Shown: in pieces, positions 7,326 through 16,521 of the stretch
How the letters are laid out: each line of letters starts with the position of its first letter
Position numbering within the stretch: position 1 is the first letter of the stretch
Assembly: GCA_041661685.1 (NCBI GenBank)
Contig: JBAZTY010000002.1
Coordinates: 157,126-221,125 of the forward strand
Source of the DNA: Patescibacteria group bacterium
GTDB lineage: Bacteria; Patescibacteriota; Patescibacteriia; Patescibacteriales; UBA12465
Length of the DNA: 64,000 nucleotides
Direction of reading: 5' to 3'
Program-made: the position numbers and the translations under genes
The notes under the pieces: model-generated
The model's database searches: none
The model's input: only the letters and a program-made list of their open reading frames with translations
What the model was told of the DNA's origin: nothing

Positions 7326-9884
7326 TTATCTTGATTCCATTTCATTTTTTTGCAGTCTTTTATAGAATTGCCGTTTAATGATCTCGACCATGACTAGGTA
7401 AAATATGATCATGCCGAAGATAGCAAGGAAAGCGATGAAAGGCAAGGGTTCGAAGCCGAAGATATAACCGAGGCCTTTCGTAGTCAAGATTATACCGAGG
7501 ATGACTGCGCCTAGGGTCGTGGCTAAGAGCGCCTTGCTTGGCCGAGATTCTAAGAAGGGAATCTTTTGGGTCCGGATGACATAGATAACGAGTGTCTGGG
7601 TCGCGAGTGATTCGACGAACCAGCCGGCTTGGAACGCGCCTTGGCTCAAGTGCATGACGCCGAAGAGGACATAGAAAGTCAGGAAATCGAAGAGCGAGCT
7701 GATCGGCCCGAACACGAGCATATATTTCTTAATGAAGCCGATATTCCAATGCTTCGGCTTCTTGAGATATTCCGGGTCGACATTATCGGAAGGGATGGAT
7801 AATTGCGAAGTGTCGTAGATGAAATTATTGAGTAGGATCTGGCCGGCCGTCATCGGGAAGAAAGGCAGGAAGAGGCTGGCGCCAATCATAGAGAACATAT
7901 TGCCGAAATTGGAGCTCAAACACATCAATAAATATTTCATGGTATTGCCGAAGGTCTTGCGGCCTTCGATCACTCCTTCCATCAATTCTTTCAAGCCCTT
8001 TTTCATCAGGATGATATCGGCGGTTTCTTTGGCGATATCGACAGCGTTATCGACGGAAATGCCGACATCAGCCGCCTTGAGGGACGGAGCGTCATTGATG
8101 CCATCGCCGAGGTAGCCGACGATGAGGCCGTTGCGTTTCAGCTCGACGATAATCTTCTCTTTCTGGCTCGGACTGAGACGGGCGCAGATCGTCGCCTCCC
8201 GGACCTTCTTGTAGATCTCTTCGTCGGTCAAGCGATTAAGGTCAAGATCTTCGCCCGTGATTATGCCTTTGACTTCAAGACCGATATCGGCGCAGATTTT
8301 CTTCGTGACGAGCGGGCTGTCGCCGGTTAGGATTTTTATTTCAACGCCGTGCTCTTTCATAAATTCCAAAGTCTCTTTGACGTCGATTTTAGGCGGATCA
8401 TAGAAAGCCATGAAGCCTTTGAGAATCAGATTATTTTCTTCGCTCAGCGGATATTGCTTTTTTCTTTCATGGATTTCTTTTTCGGCAATCGCCAAGACTC
8501 TTAGTCCCTGGCTGCTGAGCTCATCATAGACTGCCTGGGCGCGGCGCAATATCTCTGGGTTGATAGGCACTATCGTTTGTCCTTCGCAATAACTGGTACT
8601 GATTTTGAAAACTTCCTCAGGCGCGCCTTTCGTGATCATAGTCAGCCGGCCGTTCTTCTCGTAGACGATGGAAGAGCGCTTGCGGTTAAAATCATAGGGA
8701 AGCTCCTCTATTTTTTCATAGCCGTCCATTTCTAGTTTCTTATGGCTCAAGATCGCTTCGTCGAGAATGCTCTTGATGCCGGTTTCGAAATAGCCGTTGA
8801 TATAGGCGGACGTGAAGATCTCTTCCGAATCTTGGCCGAAGATATCGATATGCTTGATGAGCGTGATGCGGTCTTCGGTCAGGGTTCCGGTCTTGTCAGT
8901 CGCCAGGATATCAATCGAACCGAAGGTCGGGATTGAGTTCAGCCGTTTGACTAGGACGCCGTTCTTAGCCATCTTAGCCGCGCCTTTGGCCATATTAAGG
9001 CTCATGATCATCGGCAATAATTCGGGAGTGACGCCGACGGCGACGGCGAGCGCGAACAGGAAGGAATTCAGGATGCCTTTATGCATGATGGCGTTGATCA
9101 GGAAGATTATCGCGACGATGAAGACGATGACGCGGATGATCAGATAGCCGAAGCTGTTGATGCCTTTCTCAAAAGCGTTCTGCGGCTCCGGGCGCGATAA
9201 TCTTTGGGCGATCTGGCCGAATTCGGTCGTGATGCCGGTATTAGTCGCGAGATAGCGGCCGAAACCGGAAACGACGTTCGTGCCGGCGAAGATTGTATTG
9301 TTATTATCGGCATATTTTTCTAAAGGCAGTCTTTCGCCGGTAAGCGACGCTTCGTTCAAGAAGAAATCATCAGCGCCGATGATGCGCCCGTCCGCCGGCA
9401 CGATGTCGCCGGCCGAGAGGAGGATGATGTCGCCGGGAACTATGTATTTAGTTTCTATCTCCTGCTCTTGGCCGTTGCGCAGCAGCTTAGCCCGGATAGC
9501 GATGCGCTTAGCAATCTTCTCGGCGGCTTTGTCGGATTTGCGCTCCTGATAGAAATTCAGGACTATGCTTAAAAATATCATGGACAGGATGATGGCCATG
9601 CTGCGCAAGCTGCCGGTCAGGCCGGAAATCGTGGCGGCGACGATGAGGATGATGATGAGAGGATTCTTGAAATAGCCGAGGAAGAGGAGGAAAGGGGAGA
9701 CTTTCTTGGCGGCCTTGAACTCGTTATAGCCGAAAAGTTTAGAGCGCCTAATGGCTTCGTCGGTTCTCAGGCCGTCCGCGCTCGAGCCCGTAATCGCGTA
9801 GAGCTCGGAGAGGGGCAGGGCCTTGAGATCGGCGGTCGTGACTTTCTTGATAGTCATAATGATGAGGCTATGTTTAGCTAGCAT
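7326..9884 (-). CDS. mgtA: magnesium-transporting P-type ATPase (MgtA-like)
   Basis: DKTGTLT phosphorylation site, TGDSP and GDGINDAPSLKAADVGI are present, with 10 TM-like segments. The start may be the ATG at 9857. Confidence 0.85.
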   Translation of the reverse strand: MLAKHSLIIMTIKKVTTADLKALPLSELYAITGSSADGLRTDEAIRRSKLFGYNEFKAAKKVSPFLLFLGYFKNPLIIILIVAATISGLTGSLRSMAIILSMIFLSIVLNFYQERKSDKAAEKIAKRIAIRAKLLRNGQEQEIETKYIVPGDIILLSAGDIVPADGRIIGADDFFLNEASLTGERLPLEKYADNNNTIFAGTNVVSGFGRYLATNTGITTEFGQIAQRLSRPEPQNAFEKGINSFGYLIIRVIVFIVAIIFLINAIMHKGILNSFLFALAVAVGVTPELLPMIMSLNMAKGAAKMAKNGVLVKRLNSIPTFGSIDILATDKTGTLTEDRITLIKHIDIFGQDSEEIFTSAYINGYFETGIKSILDEAILSHKKLEMDGYEKIEELPYDFNRKRSSIVYEKNGRLTMITKGAPEEVFKISTSYCEGQTIVPINPEILRRAQAVYDELSSQGLRVLAIAEKEIHERKKQYPLSEENNLILKGFMAFYDPPKIDVKETLEFMKEHGVEIKILTGDSPLVTKKICADIGLEVKGIITGEDLDLNRLTDEEIYKKVREATICARLSPSQKEKIIVELKRNGLIVGYLGDGINDAPSLKAADVGISVDNAVDIAKETADIILMKKGLKELMEGVIEGRKTFGNTMKYLLMCLSSNFGNMFSMIGASLFLPFFPMTAGQILLNNFIYDTSQLSIPSDNVDPEYLKKPKHWNIGFIKKYMLVFGPISSLFDFLTFYVLFGVMHLSQGAFQAGWFVESLATQTLVIYVIRTQKIPFLESRPSKALLATTLGAVILGIILTTKGLGYIFGFEPLPFIAFLAIFGMIIFYLVMVEIIKRQFYKRLQKNEMESR

Positions 9885-9908
9885 TATTATAGCATTATTA
9901 GCCTTTCC

Positions 9909-9937
9909 TTGACAATTATGTATACTTATGGTATTAT
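9909..9937 (+). promoter_or_regulatory. putative promoter TTGACA-17-TATTAT
   Basis: Hexamers at 9909-9914 and 9932-9937, upstream of the 9996 ORF. Confidence 0.35.
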
Positions 9938-9995
9938 AATTATATTAAGTACGTTAACATTACTGATCAAAATACTCACATAAAATCTCAAAAAG

Positions 9996-10328
9996 ATGAT
10001 GACAGAACCCGTTTTCCGCAACAGTCAAGGAGAAACGCTTCCTTTAGCCGAGATAGCTAAAAAGAACATCGTTTCCGTGAAGATCGCCTACTTTTCCGAA
10101 AAAGGAATCGCGCAAGAGATGGAAATAGCTAATAAGCAGCTTTCCCTCCGTTGCCTTTTGAAAGGAGCGACGATCGTTATCGGTCTTCCTTCAGAGATAA
10201 AAGAATACGAACGTATCGAGCAATCAGACCATGATGAAAATAGCCTCTGCGCTAGATTCCTCAGTTCCGGGCTCTGCCAATTGTTCCTTCCTTTAACAGG
10301 ATTAAAGAAGATTGAGTGGACCAGCTAA
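9996..10328 (+). CDS. hypothetical protein
   Basis: 110-aa ORF with no recognisable motif. Confidence 0.4.
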   Translation: MMTEPVFRNSQGETLPLAEIAKKNIVSVKIAYFSEKGIAQEMEIANKQLSLRCLLKGATIVIGLPSEIKEYERIEQSDHDENSLCARFLSSGLCQLFLPLTGLKKIEWTS

Positions 10329-10348
10329 TGGTTTGAAAAGACTAAACA

Positions 10349-10377
10349 AAGAGCTCGCCTAAAAACGAGCTTTTTTA
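10349..10377. terminator. bidirectional terminator
   Basis: agctcg-cctaaaaa-cgagct flanked by an A-run and a T-run, between convergent genes. Confidence 0.5.
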
Positions 10378-11217
10378 TTAGTTAATATTAAGTAATTTTG
10401 TTTTTTGAATCGCTCTATCCATTGGCTCTATTAGTCCTTTGATGAGTGGCGATTTGGAGTCTAGTCCAATTTTTGTCCCCTCTCGTCTGGCGCGCAGGCA
10501 GAGACTGGCGATACCGACAGCAATCTTTGCGGCCGCTTCATCAATATATAGCAGATAAAGAGTTTTCGGGTCCTTCTTATAATTTAAGATCAGACGGTTT
10601 TTCTTGGCCGCCTTTAGAATTAAGGCATTCGCCGGAGTTATACTCCCGGCTTTTAAATCGTCAAGCCAATCACAGGAATCATCGGATAATTGTTTGGCGG
10701 CTAAGGCAAAGCGGAAAAAATTGAGAGCTATTTTTATTTGAGGGAGATTGTTGGAGCCGTGTTTTCCTTTTCTGGAAATAATATCTAAGATAGCAATTGA
10801 TCCCAGGCCCAGGGCTAATGATTTTCGAGAAAGGGCTGTTAAATTATTAAAAGTCGGCAGACGGCGCGGATAATATATTCGACCGTCTTTTATTTTTAGT
10901 TTCTTGGCATTAGCTTCGGTGCGATTAGCGTCATCAAGATCGGTTATAACGCGGTTAAAGATTTTATAAAAATTATCGCTCAGATTCAGGCGATAATAGA
11001 TTTCTAGAAAATGTCGATAATAGTTATTGGCTAGTGGCAAATTTTTAGGAACACCTTCGCCATCAAGAAAGTCGTCATAAAGATTAAGCGCCCGCCAGAG
11101 ATAGAGGTTGGCGCGGCATAAATCTTTTATTATCAAAGTCGATACCTTTCGTCTCTCGGATTTACCTAGCGAAGCAAAGAACCATCGCGGCCAGAAATAG
11201 GCTTTTTCAATTTTCAT
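10378..11217 (-). CDS. squalene/phytoene synthase-like (class I isoprenoid enzyme fold) protein, divergent
   Basis: First Asp-rich motif is LYDDFLD. The second region, AKQLSDDSCDWLDDLKAGSITP, aligns position-for-position with the recalled SQS/PSY motif QL.N.LRD..ED...GR.YLP. The 279-aa length is typical. Its start overlaps the kinase stop by 11 nt. Confidence 0.4.
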   Translation of the reverse strand: MKIEKAYFWPRWFFASLGKSERRKVSTLIIKDLCRANLYLWRALNLYDDFLDGEGVPKNLPLANNYYRHFLEIYYRLNLSDNFYKIFNRVITDLDDANRTEANAKKLKIKDGRIYYPRRLPTFNNLTALSRKSLALGLGSIAILDIISRKGKHGSNNLPQIKIALNFFRFALAAKQLSDDSCDWLDDLKAGSITPANALILKAAKKNRLILNYKKDPKTLYLLYIDEAAAKIAVGIASLCLRARREGTKIGLDSKSPLIKGLIEPMDRAIQKTKLLNIN

Positions 11218-12661
11218 TTATGTCGTTCTTAATAATTTTGAAAGGCAGAAAAACCGTGAACGAAGATCCGGCTCCGAACTGGCTAGCAACGCTGATGGTC
11301 CCATTAAAAGTTTTTTCTATTATGTCCCTAGCTAGAGATAGGCCGATGCCTAATCCTTGCCCGGTTTTTTTCTTGGTGCTGAAATAGCGCTCGAATATTC
11401 TGTCTATATTTTCCGGAGCAATGCCCGTGCCCTGGTCTTCAACGATGATGCTTATTCCGGCATCTTCTTTTTTCAAACTTATCTCTATTTTTTGCGTTTC
11501 TTGAGAGTTTTCGCTGGCGTCAATGGCATTAGCTAAAAGATTGATGATGATCTGTCCGAATTTTACGGCATCCCCTATAAAGATCAGATTTTTGGTTTCT
11601 GAGAAATTTATCTTGACGTTAGCGCGCCGCGCCTTATAGGCGAGTATCTGAATTATTTCTGTTATTTCTTTATTAGGATCAAAGGCTGTCAGGGCGCTTT
11701 CTTTCTGGAGCTGTTTCTTAATGCCAGTGATTAACCCCTCCATTTTATTAGCAGCTAATAAAGCTTGATTGAGGTGGGATTTGGCATTCGCGATATCTTT
11801 GTCAGACGCGTTTTTATTTTCCGTTTCTCCTTTTATCTGTTCTAAATTTAGAGAGACAGCCGTTAAAGGATTAACTAAGTCGTGAAATATGCCAGAAGAC
11901 AGCCGGCCGAACTCAGCTAAGCGATAAAGCTGATTTATTTTATCTTGTTCCGCGCGTCGGAGCTCTTTAGTTCTTTCTCCGACCTTCTTTTCTAAAGAAT
12001 TTCTCTCTTCTTCTAGGGCTTTTTCGCTGTTCCGCGCTCGCGCCAAAGATTTATGGATGCCGTGAGCGAATAGCCAGGTGATGCCGGCTATCACTAGCAA
12101 GAGCACGGAATAAACAATGGCATCCGCGATCTGGTTATTTTCTTGACGCCAATAATTTTGGATGGCTATTATTTTCTGATTCTGCAGGCTGGTCAGCGAT
12201 AGCAGGAGCGCAGAGATTATAAAGGTGACAAAGAAAGCCGCTCGCGCTCCCAAAAGCGCTACCGATATGATTATTATTAGAACGGCCAGCAAAAGTCCGG
12301 CCGGAAGGTCGGCACCCCAAATAGCCAGGCTGAAAATCATCGGCAGAGAATAAAGGAATATCAGTAATATTGAAGCGGCTCGGATTGCTTTGTATTGCGA
12401 CAAAATAGCTAGGAAAAACAAGAAAAATAGGATAAGCATAGTCGTCCACAGCGGCAAGCCGCGCTGCTTGTTATTGATATAGTCGATTATCCTAATGATG
12501 TTTATAACTACGAAGGCGGCGATAGACAGGAATACTAGTATGTCTAAGATGGTTTTCTGGCGGCTTTCATCCTCGACTAAAGTCGGCAATTTAGTCATTT
12601 GAGTAAATTTGCGGTTAAAGAAGCGCTTTAATCTGGCCAGATAGAGAGATAGTGATTTCAT
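11207..12661 (-). CDS. sensor histidine kinase (multi-TM N-terminus, HisKA plus HATPase_c)
   Basis: H-box FHDLVNPLTA, N-box INLLANAIDA, G1 EDQGTGI and G2 GQGLGIGLS, with about 6 N-terminal TM helices. Confidence 0.85.
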   Translation of the reverse strand: MKSLSLYLARLKRFFNRKFTQMTKLPTLVEDESRQKTILDILVFLSIAAFVVINIIRIIDYINNKQRGLPLWTTMLILFFLFFLAILSQYKAIRAASILLIFLYSLPMIFSLAIWGADLPAGLLLAVLIIIISVALLGARAAFFVTFIISALLLSLTSLQNQKIIAIQNYWRQENNQIADAIVYSVLLLVIAGITWLFAHGIHKSLARARNSEKALEEERNSLEKKVGERTKELRRAEQDKINQLYRLAEFGRLSSGIFHDLVNPLTAVSLNLEQIKGETENKNASDKDIANAKSHLNQALLAANKMEGLITGIKKQLQKESALTAFDPNKEITEIIQILAYKARRANVKINFSETKNLIFIGDAVKFGQIIINLLANAIDASENSQETQKIEISLKKEDAGISIIVEDQGTGIAPENIDRIFERYFSTKKKTGQGLGIGLSLARDIIEKTFNGTISVASQFGAGSSFTVFLPFKIIKNDINEN

Positions 12662-12680
12662 AAAGTAAAATTAAACATAA

Positions 12681-12711
12681 AACGCTTCCGAAGGAGAGAT
12701 TCGGAAGCGTT
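12681..12711 (-). terminator. strong hairpin plus T-tract immediately upstream of the kinase start
   Basis: aacgcttccgaa-N7-ttcggaagcgtt (12-bp stem). On the minus strand it is followed by TTTTATGTTTAATTTT and ends 20 nt before the kinase ATG. Confidence 0.5.
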
Positions 12712-12718
12712 GTCGTTT

Positions 12719-12826
12719 TTAGTCTCGCCAAGGAGTTCCGGGGTTGGAAGCCGCCGCCTTAGCTTTAAGGCCAGTCGTCATTTTCTGCTTTCTAACCCCA
12801 GCATTAATTTTATCATTCTTGGACAT
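12719..12826 (-). CDS. 35-aa micro-ORF (possible leader peptide)
   Basis: Hand translation gives MSKNDKINAGVRKQKMTTGLKAKAAASNPGTPWRD. It lies between the response regulator and the kinase, directly upstream of the hairpin, and is below the track cutoff. Confidence 0.25.
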   Translation of the reverse strand: MSKNDKINAGVRKQKMTTGLKAKAAASNPGTPWRD

Positions 12827-12971
12827 AAGATTATTGGAAATTATTATGAGATTACGCTTGTTTTGCGATAGCGACCTTTAGCGAGCCAGTTTTTATCCAG
12901 CCGCGCCTATCGCTATTCCAATATAGCGCAACCCCGGTTAACAAAAATTAAATTTTTTATAAATAGATTAA

Positions 12972-13643
12972 TTATATTTCTTCGTCTATCTTGTAGCCGC
13001 GATTAGAAACGGTAAAGATCAGGCGCCGTCCATCCGTTTCTAGTTTTCTGCGCAAGTTGCGGATGTGGACTTCTATCGTGTTAGAGAAAGGATCGGCGTT
13101 ATCGTCCCAAACATGTTCCATAATATTTTGACGCGACATAATCAGGCCTTTATGTCGCAATAAGTATTCCAAGAGGGCGAATTCTTTAGGCGGAAGGGAA
13201 ATGCGCTGGCCGCCCCTAACTACTAAGAATCTGTCAGAGTCAAGCTCTAAGTCGCTGATTTTTAGAATGCCCTTTTCCCAATTTTTTGGGCGCCGCAGAA
13301 TAGCTTTTATCCTGGCTGATAATTCCGAGAAAGAGAAAGGCTTAGTCAGATAATCATCAGCGCCAATGCTTAGGAGGTCGACTTTCTCTCCTAGTTCGCT
13401 GTGGACGGTCAGCATGATTATCGGAATTGATGAACCGGCCGCGCGGATTTTTTCGATTATTTCACGGCCATTCAATCCGGGCAGGTTGTAGTCTAGGATG
13501 ATTAAATCATATTCGCTTGTTTGAGCGGCGGCATAGCCTGCTTCGCCATCGGGGATAGCTGTCGCGATATATCCAGCCTCTTTCAAGGCCGGTAGCAGTG
13601 AACGGACGATATCAGCATCATCTTCTATTAATAAGATTTTCAT
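12972..13643 (-). CDS. OmpR-family response regulator
   Basis: Receiver domain (DLIILDYNLPG, LTKPF) plus a winged-helix C-terminus (EVHIRNLRRKL, RGYKI). Confidence 0.9.
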   Translation of the reverse strand: MKILLIEDDADIVRSLLPALKEAGYIATAIPDGEAGYAAAQTSEYDLIILDYNLPGLNGREIIEKIRAAGSSIPIIMLTVHSELGEKVDLLSIGADDYLTKPFSFSELSARIKAILRRPKNWEKGILKISDLELDSDRFLVVRGGQRISLPPKEFALLEYLLRHKGLIMSRQNIMEHVWDDNADPFSNTIEVHIRNLRRKLETDGRRLIFTVSNRGYKIDEEI

Positions 13644-13803
13644 ATCATTATTTTTTTATCTTTATTTTAACGCTAATTTTTTATTTGGACAATCGTTTAA
13701 CGACGCTCCCTCTTTTTTTGCCACCCCCTAATTATACAATATCACTGATAAATAAAATCTAAATTTTTTCTAAACAAAAAACAAATCTTCTCAAAAGTCA
13801 ATC

Positions 13804-13832
13804 TTGCTTTTAGGGGCTATCCGGGCTAAAAT
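13804..13832 (+). promoter_or_regulatory. putative promoter TTGCTT-17-TAAAAT
   Basis: The -10 ends 11 nt before the PBP2 ATG, implying a very short leader. Confidence 0.4.
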
Positions 13833-13843
13833 GATTAAAAGAT

Positions 13844-15937
13844 ATGAGCCCATATTTCCTAAAAAATACCCATAAAAGTCGCCTAATCGAATCCTTGCGC
13901 GAGCGCAAAGACGATCCTTTTTTAGTAAAAGAAGGAAAATTCAATTTCGGCGGGCTTAAGGATTCGCTCTACCAGACCGATTGGACCGAGGAATCCTTCT
14001 TGGCTGATTCAAGCCATAAGGAAATGGTCAGTCGTTCCTTCGATTTAGCCCAGCTCCGTTATTTTATTCTCTTCGGCGCTCTGGCTTTAGGTCTTCTTCT
14101 CAGCCGCGCTTTCTGGCTGCAGATAAATAAGAATGATTATTATAGTCTCTTGTCCGAAAATAATCGTTTGCGCGCGGAAGTGATTGAACCGAAGCGAGGT
14201 ATTATCTATACTCGCGACTTGGAGCCTCTCGTCCGGAACAAGGCGAACTTCGTTTTATATTTTAAGCCGATTGAGCTTCCTAAGGACGAACTTGTTCGTG
14301 ACGATATGCTCCGGCGCTTGAGCTTGATCATGGAAAGCAGCGCGACGACGACTGTTAATTTAAAGAATGCGGATGTCAGCGGCTTGGCTGTCGTGTCCGA
14401 TAACGCGACGTTCTATAAGATGAAGGATATTCTGGCTAAGGTGAAGATGGGATCGCTCGAATCGTACCAGCCGCTTTTTATCGCTGATAATGTCGAATAT
14501 GACAAGGCTATGCTGATTGCCCTCGACTTGCCGGAATGGCCCGGCGTCTTCTTATCGAGTAAGATCCGCCGCGAGTATCTGATCGGATCCGCCTCTTCTA
14601 GCCCGCAAGTCCTGGGCGAGAGCAGTTTTTCTCATATCTTGGGTTATACCGGAAAAATTAGTGAGGATGAACTGACTAGCCTAGGCTCTAATTATTCGCC
14701 GATTGATTATGTCGGCAAGATGGGCATTGAATATTATTGGGAGAAAGAATTGAAAGGCAAGGCCGGCAAGAAGAACATCGAAGTCGACGCGCTCGGCCGC
14801 CAGAAAAAGATTATTAATGAAGAACCGGCGTCTGATGGCGCAAACTTGCAGCTATCTTTGGATTTAGGCCTGCAGAAAAAAGCTGAAGAAGCTACAGCTG
14901 CCTATTTGAAGAAGGCCGGGCTGCATCGCGCTTCTGTCATCATCATGAATCCGCAAAATGGTGAAATCTTAGCTTTAGTCAGTTTGCCCGGTTATGATAA
15001 TAATGCTTTTGCTCGCGGCATTAGCCAGGACGAATATGCTAAATTCTTGAACAATCCCGACCGTCCTCTATTTAATCGTTCGGTCAGCGGCGAATTTCCG
15101 TCCGGGTCGACGATCAAGCCCATTTTTGCGGCCGGCGCCTTGGAAGAGAAGGTGATTACTGAGAATACCAGTTTCTTGAGCACCGGTGGTCTGCGTATCG
15201 GCGAATGGTTTTTTCCGGATTGGAAAGCCGGCGGACACGGCACAATCAATGTGCGCTCCGCTCTAGCCTGGTCAGTTAATACTTTCTTCTATTATATCGG
15301 CGGCGGCTATGGCGATTTTAAGGGCCTAGGCGTTGAAGGCTTAGTTAAATATGCCCGCCTTTTCGGGCTTGGTGAGAAAACCGGCGTTGATCTTCCCGGC
15401 GAACAGTCGGGTTTCGTGCCGACAGCCGCCTGGAAAGAGACGGCTAAGAATGAGCCTTGGTATATCGGCGATACTTATCATTTTGCTATCGGCCAGGGCG
15501 ACGTGCTCGTGACGCCGCTTCAGGTAGCGAACTATAACGCGGCTATTGCTAACGGCGGAACTCTTTATGAGCCGCATCTGGTTAGTAAAATCTTGGGTGC
15601 AGGCAATAAGGTTGTAAGAGATGTCGCCCCGAAGATAATCAGAAGCAATTTTATCTCCCCGGAAAATATCGAGATAGTCCGGTCCGGTATGCGCGATACC
15701 GTCACTTATGGCAGCGCCCGTTCTCTTAATGCCTTGCCGGTCGAAATCGCGGGCAAGACTGGCACGGCGCAATGGTCGAGCAAGAAAGGGCCGCATGCCT
15801 GGTTTATCGGTTTTGCGCCTTATGATAATCCTAATATCGCGATTACGGTTCTGGTAGAAGAGGGCGTTGAAGGCAGCGCCATCGCCGTGCCGATCGCTAA
15901 GGATATTCTTAATTGGTACTATAGCCCCCTAAAATAA
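13844..15937 (+). CDS. mrdA: penicillin-binding protein 2 (transpeptidase)
   Basis: SxxK (SGSTIKP), SxN (SVN) and KTG (KTGTA) are present. The TM helix lies at aa 71-92, after an unusually long cytoplasmic tail. Confidence 0.85.
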   Translation: MSPYFLKNTHKSRLIESLRERKDDPFLVKEGKFNFGGLKDSLYQTDWTEESFLADSSHKEMVSRSFDLAQLRYFILFGALALGLLLSRAFWLQINKNDYYSLLSENNRLRAEVIEPKRGIIYTRDLEPLVRNKANFVLYFKPIELPKDELVRDDMLRRLSLIMESSATTTVNLKNADVSGLAVVSDNATFYKMKDILAKVKMGSLESYQPLFIADNVEYDKAMLIALDLPEWPGVFLSSKIRREYLIGSASSSPQVLGESSFSHILGYTGKISEDELTSLGSNYSPIDYVGKMGIEYYWEKELKGKAGKKNIEVDALGRQKKIINEEPASDGANLQLSLDLGLQKKAEEATAAYLKKAGLHRASVIIMNPQNGEILALVSLPGYDNNAFARGISQDEYAKFLNNPDRPLFNRSVSGEFPSGSTIKPIFAAGALEEKVITENTSFLSTGGLRIGEWFFPDWKAGGHGTINVRSALAWSVNTFFYYIGGGYGDFKGLGVEGLVKYARLFGLGEKTGVDLPGEQSGFVPTAAWKETAKNEPWYIGDTYHFAIGQGDVLVTPLQVANYNAAIANGGTLYEPHLVSKILGAGNKVVRDVAPKIIRSNFISPENIEIVRSGMRDTVTYGSARSLNALPVEIAGKTGTAQWSSKKGPHAWFIGFAPYDNPNIAITVLVEEGVEGSAIAVPIAKDILNWYYSPLK

Positions 15938-15940
15938 TCT

Positions 15941-16438
15941 ATGCATATATCTTTGCCTTTACATATAGCTATCCATTTCATCATCGCCGTCCTGGCCGGG
16001 CTGGCTGTCGGCTTTTATTTTAAGAAACCTTGGCTCGGGATAATTGCCGGCGTCATGGGCGGTTTCTTGATTGACCTTGATCATGTTTTGGAATATTTTT
16101 TTATTTTCGGTCCGCATTTTGACCTGTCATATTTCATGGAGGGCCGGCAGTTTCTGATCAGCAATAAGATTATTCTCATCTTTCACGCCTGGGAGTATAT
16201 TCCAATTCTCCTTGGCGTCGCCTGGCTATTGCGCCGCCGAAAGAATGTCTCTATCTTTCTGTTAGCTCTGACTTTCGGGGGGATAGTACATCTGGTCTCT
16301 GATAGCTTCTTGAACAATTATCCGCCGCGCAATTACTCAATCGTCTATCGCGCCTCTAATGATTTTTCTGCCTCAGTCTTGCTCAATTCCGAGCAGCAGA
16401 GGTGGTATGACGAACTCCGGCAGGAATTGGGATTATAA
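15941..16438 (+). CDS. membrane protein, possibly DUF457/YdjM-like metal-dependent hydrolase
   Basis: Four or five TM helices with conserved-looking IDLDH and HLVSD. The family call is tentative. Confidence 0.4.
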   Translation: MHISLPLHIAIHFIIAVLAGLAVGFYFKKPWLGIIAGVMGGFLIDLDHVLEYFFIFGPHFDLSYFMEGRQFLISNKIILIFHAWEYIPILLGVAWLLRRRKNVSIFLLALTFGGIVHLVSDSFLNNYPPRNYSIVYRASNDFSASVLLNSEQQRWYDELRQELGL

Positions 16439-16473
16439 GCGGACGCTTCCCGAATATAAGGATTTTTAAACGA

Positions 16474-16500
16474 TTAGCACTCTCTTGACTTGAGTGCTAA
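16474..16500 (+). promoter_or_regulatory. CIRCE operator (perfect TTAGCACTC-N9-GAGTGCTAA)
   Basis: Exact consensus inverted repeat. It overlaps a TTGACT -35, with TATAAT at about 16506. Confidence 0.92.
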
Positions 16501-16521
16501 TTTTGTTTATAATGGATTTAT

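Noticed and set aside
9885-9995. Looked for an M-box (Mg2+) riboswitch upstream of the MgtA-like ATPase.
   Set aside because: Only ~110 bp separate it from the divergent gene, and the sequence is AT-rich promoter-like DNA. There is no room for a ~160-nt M-box and no multi-helix pairing was recognisable.
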